Position numbers and translations under genes: made by a program. The notes under the pieces are model-generated. The model was given only the letters and a program-made list of their open reading frames with translations. It did no database searches and had not been told where the DNA came from. Shown here one piece after another: positions 9,435 through 18,889 of a DNA stretch of 64,000 nt. Numbering within the stretch: position 1 is the first letter of the stretch; each line of letters begins with the position of its first letter. The DNA is from Thermodesulfobacteriota bacterium (GTDB lineage Bacteria; Desulfobacterota; Desulfobacteria; Desulfobacterales; JAUWMJ01): positions 7,336 to 71,335 of the forward strand of contig JAXHVO010000059.1 of assembly GCA_034189135.1 (NCBI GenBank), in the 5' to 3' direction.

Positions 9435-10224
9435 CCCGACAAAAAAAAGGATTTCTGCTACGACAAAACTGCTTGTCCTGAGTCTGGTGATATTTGCGGG
9501 CTTTTTTTTTCTGATGCCGACTCACTGCTTTGCGCAAACACCAAGTGCCGGTTCGCCTTTTTTCAGTATCAATGTGGAGCAACAAGAAGATCCGGGGCAG
9601 GTTTCGGTTGTTCTTCAGATATTTTTATTACTTACGGTCCTTTCTATCGCTCCGGCACTTTTAATCATGATGACTTCCTTTACCAGGATTGCCATCGTAC
9701 TTTCCGTACTTCGACAGGCAATCGGTACCCATTCAATGCCTCCGAACCAGATTGTACTCGGCTTGGCACTTTTTCTGACTTTTTTCATAATGGCTCCTGT
9801 CTGGGACAAAGTAAACACCGAGGCAATTCAACCATATTTGAAAAAGGAAATCACCCAAAAACAGGCGCTGGAGAATGCATTTAAACCAATAAGATCTTTT
9901 ATGTTCAAGCAAACAAGGGAAAAGGATCTTGCCATGCTGGTTAAAATTTCAAACACGGCAAGGCCGAAAAATATGGATGACGTTCCCACCAGTGTTTTGA
10001 TTCCTTCATTCATCTTAAGCGAATTAAAAACAGCATTTCAGATGGCTTTTATGCTCTATGTGCCTTTTTTAGTGATCGATATGGTGGTGGCAAGTGTCCT
10101 TCTTTCAATGGGAATGATGATGCTGCCGCCCATTATGATTTCTTTGCCTTTTAAGCTGATGCTGTTTGTTCTTGCAGATGGCTGGTATTTGATTGTGGGG
10201 TCCTTGGTAAAGAGTTTTGGATAG
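9424..10224 (+). CDS. fliP: Flagellar export-gate protein FliP
   Basis: Polytopic membrane protein with the FliP motifs TSFTRIAIVLSVLRQAIG and FKTAFQMAFMLYVPFLVIDMVVASVL. GTG start overlapping fliO. Confidence 0.93.
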   Translation: MSGNPTKKRISATTKLLVLSLVIFAGFFFLMPTHCFAQTPSAGSPFFSINVEQQEDPGQVSVVLQIFLLLTVLSIAPALLIMMTSFTRIAIVLSVLRQAIGTHSMPPNQIVLGLALFLTFFIMAPVWDKVNTEAIQPYLKKEITQKQALENAFKPIRSFMFKQTREKDLAMLVKISNTARPKNMDDVPTSVLIPSFILSELKTAFQMAFMLYVPFLVIDMVVASVLLSMGMMMLPPIMISLPFKLMLFVLADGWYLIVGSLVKSFG

Positions 10225-10293
10225 ATACCCCCCGACATTTGTCGATAACCATAAACTGTCTTTTTTAACTTGTTTGTTTGCCTGTCACGTAGG

Positions 10294-10383
10294 TGTTTCG
10301 GGTTACGAGTGGTGTGTTGTGAGTTATTAATGGGAAATAATCCTTTTTTATAACCCATATCCCGCAACCCGTAACCCGCAACA
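10294..10383 (+). other. Imperfect long hairpin in the unusual 241-bp fliP-fliQ gap
   Basis: GTTTCGGGTTACGAGTGG...GAGTTAT faces ATAACCC...CGCAACCCGTAACCCGCAAC, with a perfect 9-bp core CGGGTTACG/CGTAACCCG. The GGTTTCGGGTTACGGGG motif recurs at 51999-52015. Confidence 0.5.
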
Positions 10384-10465
10384 ATATCGCATGACACAAA
10401 AAGAAGCTGTTGTTCTAAATACAGCGGACAAGTTGAAGGATGATTATAATGAAAGGTTAAAGAAC

Positions 10466-10735
10466 ATGACACCCGAATTAATCACCGGTTATTTTATTGA
10501 AGCAATAAAAATGGCTATTTTACTGTCAGCACCGATGTTGCTGTCCGGTCTAATTATCGGACTTATGGTGAGTATCTTTCAGGCAGCAACGCAGATAAAT
10601 GAAATGACCATGACTTTTATTCCCAAAATGCTGGCGGTGGCTGTTGCACTGATCATTTCTTTTCCTTGGATGCTTCAGGTCATGATCGATTTTATGAAGA
10701 ATATGATAACCGGCCTTCCTTCATATGTTGGATGA
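10466..10735 (+). CDS. fliQ: Flagellar export-gate protein FliQ
   Basis: 89-aa product from the internal ATG at 10466 (RBS GAAAGG), which is typical FliQ length. The track ORF start at 10391 adds 25 non-conserved residues. Confidence 0.88.
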   Translation: MTPELITGYFIEAIKMAILLSAPMLLSGLIIGLMVSIFQAATQINEMTMTFIPKMLAVAVALIISFPWMLQVMIDFMKNMITGLPSYVG

Positions 10736-10744
10736 GACATTGCA

Positions 10745-11521
10745 ATGGCAACTTTTACTTTCCCCCTTATAAAACTTCAGATGTTTTTTCTTATCTTTTT
10801 ACGCGTAAGTGCAATATTGATGAGCATTCCTGTTTTTGACAGTAAAGCCATTCCGGTTATATTTAAAGCCGGGCTGGTTTTTTCTATCAGTATAATGCTG
10901 TTCCCCTTAATAAAAATGGATGAAATACCGAATTTTTCCCATATAATCACCTTCGCCATAGGTGCAGCCGGCGAAATTTTGTTTGGGTTAATTATCGGGA
11001 TGTTCGTGAGGATGATATTTGCCGGAATTCAATTGGCAGGTCAGCTGGCAGGATATCAGATGGGGCTTGCTATTGCAAATGTTCTTGATCCTACCACAAG
11101 CGGGCAGTTCCCGATTATTTCACAGATATATAACCTGATCGCAATGCTGATTTTTATAACCATAAATGCACATTACTGGTTTTTAAACGCGCTGAAAGAA
11201 AGCTTTACGCTGGTTCCTCCCCTGGGATTTCAATTCAGCAACTCCCTTATAGATCAATTGGTCAGTCTTTCCGGTAATATTTTCGTGATTGCCGTTAAAG
11301 TAGGGGCTCCAATCATAGTGGTGCTGCTGTTAACCAGCGTGGCATTCGGGCTTATCGCACGTACCGTGCCCCAAATGAATGTTTTTATCGTGGCCATGCC
11401 TTTAAAAATTGCAGTTGGACTTTTATTTTTAATTTTAAGTATTCCCTATTTGGTTGTTTTTCTCAGGCAGATATTCCACCATTTCGGGAGCAGTATTATT
11501 TTTATAATGAAAGCGATGTAG
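10745..11521 (+). CDS. fliR: Flagellar export-gate protein FliR
   Basis: 258-aa polytopic membrane protein following fliQ, with FliR-like GAAGEILFGLIIGM and QLAGQLAGYQMGL. Confidence 0.9.
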   Translation: MATFTFPLIKLQMFFLIFLRVSAILMSIPVFDSKAIPVIFKAGLVFSISIMLFPLIKMDEIPNFSHIITFAIGAAGEILFGLIIGMFVRMIFAGIQLAGQLAGYQMGLAIANVLDPTTSGQFPIISQIYNLIAMLIFITINAHYWFLNALKESFTLVPPLGFQFSNSLIDQLVSLSGNIFVIAVKVGAPIIVVLLLTSVAFGLIARTVPQMNVFIVAMPLKIAVGLLFLILSIPYLVVFLRQIFHHFGSSIIFIMKAM

Positions 11522-11555
11522 GTGCATAACCTCGCAACGAAATTCAGTAGTCGTT

Positions 11556-11653
11556 TACGGTTTGAAACTTGAAAATAGAAAGTAGAAATTAGGGAGAGAT
11601 GAAACGAGTTTGCGAATTGAAAGCCAAATTTCCAATTTCTATTTTCTAATTTC
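11556..11653 (+). repeat. Family-2 GAAA-rich intergenic repeat, copy 2a
   Basis: ACGGTTTGAAACTTGAAAATAGAAAGTAGAAATTAGGGAGAGATGAAACGAGTTTGCG...AAGCCAAATTTCCAATTTCTATTTTC. The purine arm pairs with the pyrimidine arm. It lies in the fliR-flhB gap. Confidence 0.7.
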
Positions 11654-11732
11654 TTCGTTTAATAAAAGCTTAAAAATTTATTGTTAACTATAATCTGTCA
11701 TTTTTATCTTGTTTGGTTATTAACTAATTCTT

Positions 11733-12809
11733 ATGGCTGAAGAAAGTTTTCAGGAAAAAACTGAGCAACCGACACCTAAAAAAATCGCAGATGCGAGGAA
11801 GAAGGGGACGGTTGCCCAAAGCAGAGAAATTCCATCGGCAATCATATTGCTGACTTCTCTCGGAATTTTCTTTTTCTCTGGAAGCTGGATGTTTTCAAGC
11901 CTGTCGGATTTTATGGGGGGGATATTTCGAAATATCGGTACATTTAAAATTTATGATATTACCACTGCAAGCACACTATCGACTATAATCTTAAAGAATG
12001 TATTATCAATTATACTTCCTTTTATGCTGGCAGTGGTGGTTGCCGGCATAATGGCAAATATCCTACAGATCGGCTTTTTGTTTAGCCCGGAAGCGTTTTC
12101 TCCCAAACTGTCCAAATTCAATCCTTTAAAGGGTATAAAAAAACTCTTTTCCTTAAAATCGTTTGTTGAGCTTATTAAATCCTTAATCAAGATAACTTTT
12201 GTGGGTGGGATTGCTTATTTAACCATAAAGATGGAAATAAAGACCATTCCGATCTTAATGCAAATGGGCATTAAGGATATTGTATCATTTGTCGGTATTA
12301 CTTCTTTTAAAATTTGCCTGTATGTATCCATGGCTCTGATAATTATGGCTGTTTTGGATTATATTTATCAGAAGTATGAGCATATTAAGGGTTTAAAAAT
12401 GACCAAACAGGAAGTTAAAGATGAAAATAAGCAGACAGAAGGAGATCCTAAAGTAAAAGCCAGAATTAGAAGTATTCAGTTAGAAATATCCAGGCGTCGA
12501 ATGATGGAGTCCGTTCCTGAAGCAGACGTGGTGATTACCAACCCCACTCATCTGGCCATTGCACTTAAGTTTGATGCTGAAAAAATGATTGCTCCAAAGA
12601 TAATGGCCAAAGGCGCTGGGAAAATAGCTGAGCGGATCAGAGAAATTGCCGATGAAAATCATGTGCCGATAGTGGAAAATAAACCTCTGGCCCGGACGCT
12701 TTTTAAAATCGCTGAGATAGGCGATTATATTCCTGCAGAACTTTATCAGGCCGTTGCAGAGGTTCTGGCTTATGTGTACCGGTTGAAAGGAATGGCAACC
12801 GGCGCATGA
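11733..12809 (+). CDS. flhB: Flagellar export switch protein FlhB
   Basis: N-terminal EKTEQPTPKKIADARKKG and the autocleavage site NPTH (VVITNPTHLAIAL). Confidence 0.95.
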   Translation: MAEESFQEKTEQPTPKKIADARKKGTVAQSREIPSAIILLTSLGIFFFSGSWMFSSLSDFMGGIFRNIGTFKIYDITTASTLSTIILKNVLSIILPFMLAVVVAGIMANILQIGFLFSPEAFSPKLSKFNPLKGIKKLFSLKSFVELIKSLIKITFVGGIAYLTIKMEIKTIPILMQMGIKDIVSFVGITSFKICLYVSMALIIMAVLDYIYQKYEHIKGLKMTKQEVKDENKQTEGDPKVKARIRSIQLEISRRRMMESVPEADVVITNPTHLAIALKFDAEKMIAPKIMAKGAGKIAERIREIADENHVPIVENKPLARTLFKIAEIGDYIPAELYQAVAEVLAYVYRLKGMATGA

Positions 12810-13100
12810 CCTACAGAAAGATGACCAACCCGGAATAGATGCCATCCACCACAGGGGTGACATTGATTGACCTCCCAACCCGCACCACATTTCCAAACAG
12901 AAATACGTCATGCATGTTAACATCGGCAGCCAATTGTCGATGTGATGTGGCCAGGTGCCTAAAGGTTTTTCGTCAATAAATTATCACCTACCGTCAAACA
13001 ATTAACGCCTTGGATCATCCCCGTTTGAAAAATATTATTAACCTCAGATTATTATCAATCAAAATAAGGCGTTATTGAAATTATTAAGTTCCTTCAATGT

Positions 13101-13116
13101 AGGCACGAAACATGCA
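13101..13116 (+). promoter_or_regulatory. sigma54 promoter candidate upstream of flhA
   Basis: AGGCACGAAACATGCA with GG-N10-GC spacing, about 220 nt upstream of flhA. A second, mis-spaced GGCAC...TTTGC lies at about 13153. Confidence 0.5.
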
Positions 13117-13335
13117 TAATGCTATGTAGTGTTTGCCGGAAAATAGCAACACGGCACCCATCTTTGCCTCTGGCTGCAGCGAGGCAGGGACACATACAGA
13201 GTCAAAAGGGAAAAAACTCATTGCAGATAACTCATAGCAAAAGGATTAAACTCTTCAGATGGTGAGCTATCAGCTGTAAGCTGTGAGCCGATAAATTACG
13301 GAGTAATTTATTCAGAGAAAGAAAGGCATGAACAT

Positions 13336-15438
13336 ATGGAAGTGGTCAGTCAATCAAGGTTAGCGGCGCAAATTCCAATTATATCGAAAAACAGCGATAT
13401 AATAATTGCGTTTGTTGTCGTTAGTATTCTGGCATTTATGGTGATACCTTTGCCTCCGGTACTGCTCGACTTGCTCCTTTCGTTTAATATTACCTTTTCC
13501 CTGACCATTCTTCTTGTTGGTATGTACATCATAAAGCCCCTTGAATTTTCCGCATTCCCCAGTGTGCTCCTCATTGTCACATTGTTCAGGCTATCGCTCA
13601 ATGTGGCTTCAACCAGAATCATTCTTCTTCATGGGAACGAAGGAACAATGGCTGCCGGAAAGGTGATCAAAGCATTTGGAGGCTTTGTGGTCGGAGGAAA
13701 CTACCTGGTAGGAATTATCGTTTTTTTGATTCTGGTAATCATTAATTTTGTAGTTATAACAAAAGGAGCCGGAAGAATAGCAGAGGTTGCGGCCAGGTTT
13801 ACTTTGGATGGAATGCCGGGCAAACAGATGAGCATCGATGCGGATCTCAACGCCGGTTTAATCAGTGAAGAAGAAGCCAGGAAGAGAAGGGAGCAGATCA
13901 CCCAGGAGGCGGAATATTACGGTGCGATGGACGGAGCCAACAAATTTGTTCGCGGAGATGCCATCGCTGGAATAATTATTACCCTGATAAATATAATTGG
14001 CGGACTGGCAATCGGCGTATTTCAAAATTCAATGAGTTTCGCCCACGCGGCGCAGAATTATACCTTGCTCACCATAGGGGACGGACTGGTGACACAGGTC
14101 CCCGCTCTTATCGTATCGACTGCAGCCGGAGTTATTGTAAGCAGGGCAGGATCAGAAAAAAGTCTGGGAAAAGAAATGACCATGCAGATATTATTTCAGT
14201 ATCGAGCCGTTGCCGTTGCTTCAGCAGTCCTTTTTGGATTTGCGCTTGTCCCGGGACTGCCAGGAATTCCTTTCCTGCTTTTAGCAATGGGAGCAGCAGG
14301 TCTTGCCTTTATGGTGTTCAAGGCGGGTAAGAAAAGCCTTGCAAAAGAAGAAGCCGATAAGATGCTGCAAGAAAAAGCCGGGCCGGAAGAAAAGCCGGTA
14401 TCTCTTCCGCTCCTTGACGTACTTGGTCTCGAAGTCGGCTATGGGATTATTCACCTGGTAGATATGGAACAGGACGGCCAGCTTCTGGATCGAATTAAAT
14501 CTATTAGACGTCAGGTCGCACAGGAAATCGGCATTATTGTTCCACCCATTCATATCCAGGATAACATGCAGTTAAAGCCGGGAGAATATTCAATATTATT
14601 GAAGGGAAATGTAGTCGGAACCGGCGAGCTGATGACCAATTATTGTCTTGCCATGGATCCTGGAACTGTTCAGGGAAAGCTGGACGGGGTACAAACAAAA
14701 GAACCGACTTATGGACTGCCTGCAATCTGGATCAAGGAAAGCAAAAAAGAAGACGCCATAGCCAAAGGGTACACAGTCGTTGATCCAGCTACGGTTTTAA
14801 CTACCCATATCTCTGATGTGGTCAGGCGTTTTTCACATGAGTTGCTGGGGAGACAGGAGGTGCAGCAGATGCTGGACATGCTGAAAAACTCCCATCCAAA
14901 AGTTGTGGAAGAACTGATTCCGAATATGCTCTCACTCGGGGGCGTGGTGAAGGTTCTGCAGAACTTGCTGAAGGAACAGGTGCCTGTTAGAGATTTTCTC
15001 GCTATACTGGAGACGCTGGCTGATTGGGCGCCAATGGTAAAGGATATAGATATGCTGACGGAATATGTGCGGCATTCCCTGGCCAGAACCATTACCAACC
15101 TTCATCAAACCGATAAAGGCAAAATACCGGCGATTACATTGGGACACAGTATAGAAGAGTCCGTATCAGAAGCGATTCAGAGAACTGATCAGGGAAGCTT
15201 TGTTGCCATGGAACCGGATCTTGTACAAAAAATCGTTAATGCCCTTACCGGTTATATGGAAAGAATATCATCATTAAATTATCAACCGGTTATTTTATGT
15301 TCTGCCCAGATCAGGCTGCATTTCAAGAAGCTGATTGATCGTTTTATTTCAAATCTGGCTGTTATTTCATATGACGAACTGTCAAGTAATATTGAAATAG
15401 AGTCCTTGGGAATTGTGGAGTTATCAGATGCAGATTAA
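13336..15438 (+). CDS. flhA: Flagellar export-gate protein FlhA
   Basis: 700 aa with FHIPEP-family motifs such as GGNYLVGIIVFLILVIINFVVITKGAGRIAEVAARFTLDGMPGKQMSIDADL. Confidence 0.97.
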   Translation: MEVVSQSRLAAQIPIISKNSDIIIAFVVVSILAFMVIPLPPVLLDLLLSFNITFSLTILLVGMYIIKPLEFSAFPSVLLIVTLFRLSLNVASTRIILLHGNEGTMAAGKVIKAFGGFVVGGNYLVGIIVFLILVIINFVVITKGAGRIAEVAARFTLDGMPGKQMSIDADLNAGLISEEEARKRREQITQEAEYYGAMDGANKFVRGDAIAGIIITLINIIGGLAIGVFQNSMSFAHAAQNYTLLTIGDGLVTQVPALIVSTAAGVIVSRAGSEKSLGKEMTMQILFQYRAVAVASAVLFGFALVPGLPGIPFLLLAMGAAGLAFMVFKAGKKSLAKEEADKMLQEKAGPEEKPVSLPLLDVLGLEVGYGIIHLVDMEQDGQLLDRIKSIRRQVAQEIGIIVPPIHIQDNMQLKPGEYSILLKGNVVGTGELMTNYCLAMDPGTVQGKLDGVQTKEPTYGLPAIWIKESKKEDAIAKGYTVVDPATVLTTHISDVVRRFSHELLGRQEVQQMLDMLKNSHPKVVEELIPNMLSLGGVVKVLQNLLKEQVPVRDFLAILETLADWAPMVKDIDMLTEYVRHSLARTITNLHQTDKGKIPAITLGHSIEESVSEAIQRTDQGSFVAMEPDLVQKIVNALTGYMERISSLNYQPVILCSAQIRLHFKKLIDRFISNLAVISYDELSSNIEIESLGIVELSDAD

Positions 15439-16780
15439 GAGGTTTGAAGCGAAGAGTATGACAGAGGCCTTAAGGTTGATTAAAAAGGAACTGGGGTCTG
15501 AAGCGGTTATTTTATCGGCACGGAGTCTGAAAAAAGAAAGCCGTTTATTGGGGGCTTTGAAAAAAAGCGGTGTTGAAGTCACCGCAGCGACGGACCATTT
15601 ACCTTACCAACCGAAACAGAAAAGTGCATTGGTCAAAAGAGACTTTTATACGGATAAAAACGATCAGTTCAATTTTAACATGCAGGTGAAAAGGGAGGAT
15701 CAACATATAATATCATCTTTGCGGAGTAAATTAATATCTCAAGATATAAATGAAGATATAGCCGATAGACTGGCAAAAGAACTGAAAGAGATCCTTCCCA
15801 CAAAAAGTATCATGAATGAAATGATGGTGCAAGAGGCGTTGGATTCAATTATCAGCGGTATGGGAGTAAGGTTTGACCCCATAAAAGTTAATTTGGGGAG
15901 TCGCAAGGTCATAGCATTAATCGGACCTTCCGGCGCTGGAAAGACAACCACCGCTGTCAAGCTGGCGACTGCCTGGAAATTTGAAAAGAAAAGAGATGTT
16001 GCCCTGGTTATCATGGATGGTCACAGGATCGGTGCGGTGGATCAAATGAAGACTTATTCAAGAATTATAGGGGTGCCGGTGGCAATTGTTTCCGGTAGAA
16101 ACGAGTTGAGAGAAGCCATAAAAAAATTAAGATATAAGGATCTGGTGATTATAGATACTCCTGGATTGAACTGGCAAAATGACCTGCAGCTTGAAAAGTT
16201 TTATAAATGTTTTGAGAAGATGAAAAAAATTGAAACCCATCTTGTTCTCAGTGCAACCACCAAAGAGAAAGATTATATCAATATTGCAGAAAAATTGAAT
16301 AAGTTTGAAATCAACAGGTTGATATTTACCAAAATCGATGAGAGCAGCACCCACGGAAACATACTCAGCCACTTAATTAGAACGAAAATACCGGTTTCAT
16401 GTTTTACCTGCGGGCAAGAGATTCCTGAAAGTATTGAAGAGGCGTCTATGGATAGATTGCTCGGTTTGATTATAAACAAAGCAAAAGAAAAAAGATATGG
16501 GACCGGGTTTGTTAAAAAAATAGAAACCGTGGACAGTGAAGTGAAAACAGAAAGTGATATAAAAGAATATTTTGTGGCAAACCAAAATTCAGATGTTTTT
16601 CACCGACCCGGCTGCAAATGGACGAGGATGATAAAGCAGGATAATATTGTTGTTTTTAAAAGTGTGGCAGAGGCTGAAGAAAAAAGGTTTAAGCCATGCA
16701 GATATTGCAGGCCTAAACCGGAAGTAGAATATGAGTGCCTGCAATATGGTATGAGCAAAAGAAAAATCGCAAGCGGTTAA
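15428..16780 (+). CDS. flhF: SRP-type GTPase FlhF with an extra C-terminal Ada-like zinc-finger domain
   Basis: Begins MQIKRFEAKSMTEALRLIKKELG (canonical FlhF B-domain start). The ATG at 15428 overlaps the flhA stop. G domain motifs GPSGAGKTTT and DTPG are present. The tail VFHRPGCKW...FKPCRYCRP matches the Ada_Zn_binding pattern. Confidence 0.9.
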   Translation: MQIKRFEAKSMTEALRLIKKELGSEAVILSARSLKKESRLLGALKKSGVEVTAATDHLPYQPKQKSALVKRDFYTDKNDQFNFNMQVKREDQHIISSLRSKLISQDINEDIADRLAKELKEILPTKSIMNEMMVQEALDSIISGMGVRFDPIKVNLGSRKVIALIGPSGAGKTTTAVKLATAWKFEKKRDVALVIMDGHRIGAVDQMKTYSRIIGVPVAIVSGRNELREAIKKLRYKDLVIIDTPGLNWQNDLQLEKFYKCFEKMKKIETHLVLSATTKEKDYINIAEKLNKFEINRLIFTKIDESSTHGNILSHLIRTKIPVSCFTCGQEIPESIEEASMDRLLGLIINKAKEKRYGTGFVKKIETVDSEVKTESDIKEYFVANQNSDVFHRPGCKWTRMIKQDNIVVFKSVAEAEEKRFKPCRYCRPKPEVEYECLQYGMSKRKIASG

Positions 16781-16908
16781 TAGGTAGGGAAGAGGCGCTT
16801 GTTTTTGTCTTTTGCTGCGGAGCGACCGGAAATGAAGCCTGTTCGGCTAAACCGAGAGATGTGTTCATACAATAAATTAATAGGGTTGTTTGAGGAGCTA
16901 TTCGCATT

Positions 16909-17808
16909 ATGGGGCTGAAAGATAATGAAAATAAAGTGATTAGTCTTTCCAAAAGAATAGGAGAGAGCTCGGGAATGAAGAAAAGTACGCATTCAGATAA
17001 AAAATGCAAAAAAGAAACAAGAGTCATTGCCATCACAAGTGGTAAGGGTGGAGTGGGGAAAACAAATATTGTGGCAAATCTTGGACTTGCATTGAGCAAG
17101 CTGGGGAAAAAAGTGATTATTCTGGACGCGGATCTTGGCCTGGGAAATCTGGATGTGTTGCTGGGCCTGGCCCCGAAGTATAACCTGTCCCATGTGATTT
17201 CCGGTGAGAAAAGTATGCGGGAAATCATCCTCAAAGGGCCCGGAGATGTAGAGATACTTCCTGCCTCCTCGGGGATCCAGGAACTTACCCAATTATCTGA
17301 ACAACAGAAGATACAAATCTTAACAAAACTGGATTTATTGATAGATTCCGTTGATGTCTTGTTAATAGACACCGCCGCAGGAATTTCCACCAATGTGCTG
17401 GATTTCAATGCGACTGCTCAGGAAATATTAATCGTTGTATCGCCGGAGCCCACTTCCCTGACTGATGCCTATGCTTTAATGAAAGTGCTTTCTCTGAAAT
17501 ATGCGGAAAAGCATTGTAAATTGGTGGTGAATCAGGCTGCAAGTGATCAGGAGGGCAGAGAGATATACAGGCAGTTGAACATAGTGGCTGAGAGATTTCT
17601 GGATATTTCGGTGGAATATTTCGGATGCATTTTAATGGATGAGAAGGTGACAAAGAGTATAAGACGGCAGAAAATTGTACTCGAATTATATCCGGATAGT
17701 CCGGCGAGCAGATGTTTTGGGATGTTAGCGAAAAAAGTAAAAAATATGAAGAGCTTAAAATCAACAAAAGGAGATTCCAATTTATTCTGGAAGCATCTTG
17801 CCTCTTAG
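16909..17808 (+). CDS. flhG: MinD/ParA-type ATPase FlhG (FleN)
   Basis: Deviant Walker A ITSGKGGVGKT, followed by ILDADLGLGNLDVLLG. Lies downstream of flhF. The start is uncertain (alternative ATG at 16975). Confidence 0.88.
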   Translation: MGLKDNENKVISLSKRIGESSGMKKSTHSDKKCKKETRVIAITSGKGGVGKTNIVANLGLALSKLGKKVIILDADLGLGNLDVLLGLAPKYNLSHVISGEKSMREIILKGPGDVEILPASSGIQELTQLSEQQKIQILTKLDLLIDSVDVLLIDTAAGISTNVLDFNATAQEILIVVSPEPTSLTDAYALMKVLSLKYAEKHCKLVVNQAASDQEGREIYRQLNIVAERFLDISVEYFGCILMDEKVTKSIRRQKIVLELYPDSPASRCFGMLAKKVKNMKSLKSTKGDSNLFWKHLAS

Positions 17809-17991
17809 TCCTTTAGCGCTAAAGGCCGTTAAGATCGTTGCGCTGGGCGGGACTCAAAGATTCAAGAGATCCATCTTCGCCTGTTATGACGACAATATCG
17901 AAGGCGGACCCTGATCAGCGTTACCAGCATAGGAAGCGCGTATCAAAAAAGTGCTTTTTAAGCGTGGCATTCCTAAATGGAATAAAATATC

Positions 17992-18750
17992 ATGCAACTG
18001 GCGGAAGAACAAAAAACTGGTTTTAATAAGTGCAATCGTTTAAACAGGGAGCAGACAATTATGCGGTATCTGCCTCATGTAAAACGTATCGTTCAAAGAA
18101 TAGCGGTCCATCTTCCTCAAAGCGTAGAAATCGAAGATCTATTAAATGTCGGGGTTATTGGATTAATACAGGCCATAGAGAGGTATAATCCGGACCGGGA
18201 TAATAAATTTATGACCTATGCGGCATTCAGGATCAGAGGTGCTGTATTAAGTGAGCTTAGGTCAAGAGACTATATCTCAAGAACAAACAGGAGAAAAGTA
18301 AGAGAGCTGGAAAAAACTTATTTAAAGCTCGAACAAAAAAAAGGCGAAGAGGTTGAAGATCATGAAGTGGTAAAAGAAATGGGGATTGGTTTTGAGGAGT
18401 TTCACAAAATTAAACAAATGTCGACTATTTCCATCATAAGTCTTGATGAGATGGGATACTCCTCTGATAAGAAAAGAGATTCCCTGTCGGAAATGTTTAT
18501 TAATAACAGGGAGGAAGATGCCCTGAATCAGACAGGAATTAAAGAGATAAAAGCAGCCATTGCCAAAACAATCGATGAATTACCGCAAAAGGAAAAACTG
18601 GTCATTTCTTTATACTACATGGATGAACTTACCATGAAGGAAACGGGAAAGGTATTAGGTATAACAGAGTCAAGGGTTTCTCAGCTGCATTCAAAAGCCA
18701 TTACCCGCTTAAGGGCAAAACTCAGAAGGAAAAAGCTGGTTGAAGAATAG
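17992..18750 (+). CDS. fliA: Flagellar sigma factor FliA (sigma28)
   Basis: 252 aa. Sigma70 region 2 reads FMTYAAFRIRGAVLSELR and region 4 HTH reads MKETGKVLGITESRVSQLHSKAITRLR. Lies in flhF-flhG-fliA order. Confidence 0.92.
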   Translation: MQLAEEQKTGFNKCNRLNREQTIMRYLPHVKRIVQRIAVHLPQSVEIEDLLNVGVIGLIQAIERYNPDRDNKFMTYAAFRIRGAVLSELRSRDYISRTNRRKVRELEKTYLKLEQKKGEEVEDHEVVKEMGIGFEEFHKIKQMSTISIISLDEMGYSSDKKRDSLSEMFINNREEDALNQTGIKEIKAAIAKTIDELPQKEKLVISLYYMDELTMKETGKVLGITESRVSQLHSKAITRLRAKLRRKKLVEE

Positions 18751-18889
18751 AAAAACTGAAAGAAGAGGAGGCTGGGATACCGGGATGCCTGGAGGCAAAA
18801 AGGCCAAGAGGGCCGGCGCTTTTTAGAAAAGATATTCAACCTCAAAGCCCACATGCTTTCAGACTTTATGGCTCCAGCATAGGCACGTT

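Noticed and set aside
18771-18830. Similarity between GGCTGGGATACCGGGATGCCTGGAGGC (after fliA) and GGTTGGGATTTTAGGCGGTCGGAGGC (35121-35146, before flgL), which hinted at a third repeat family.
   Set aside because: Only two short, gapped matches exist, which is too weak to call without a genome-wide search.
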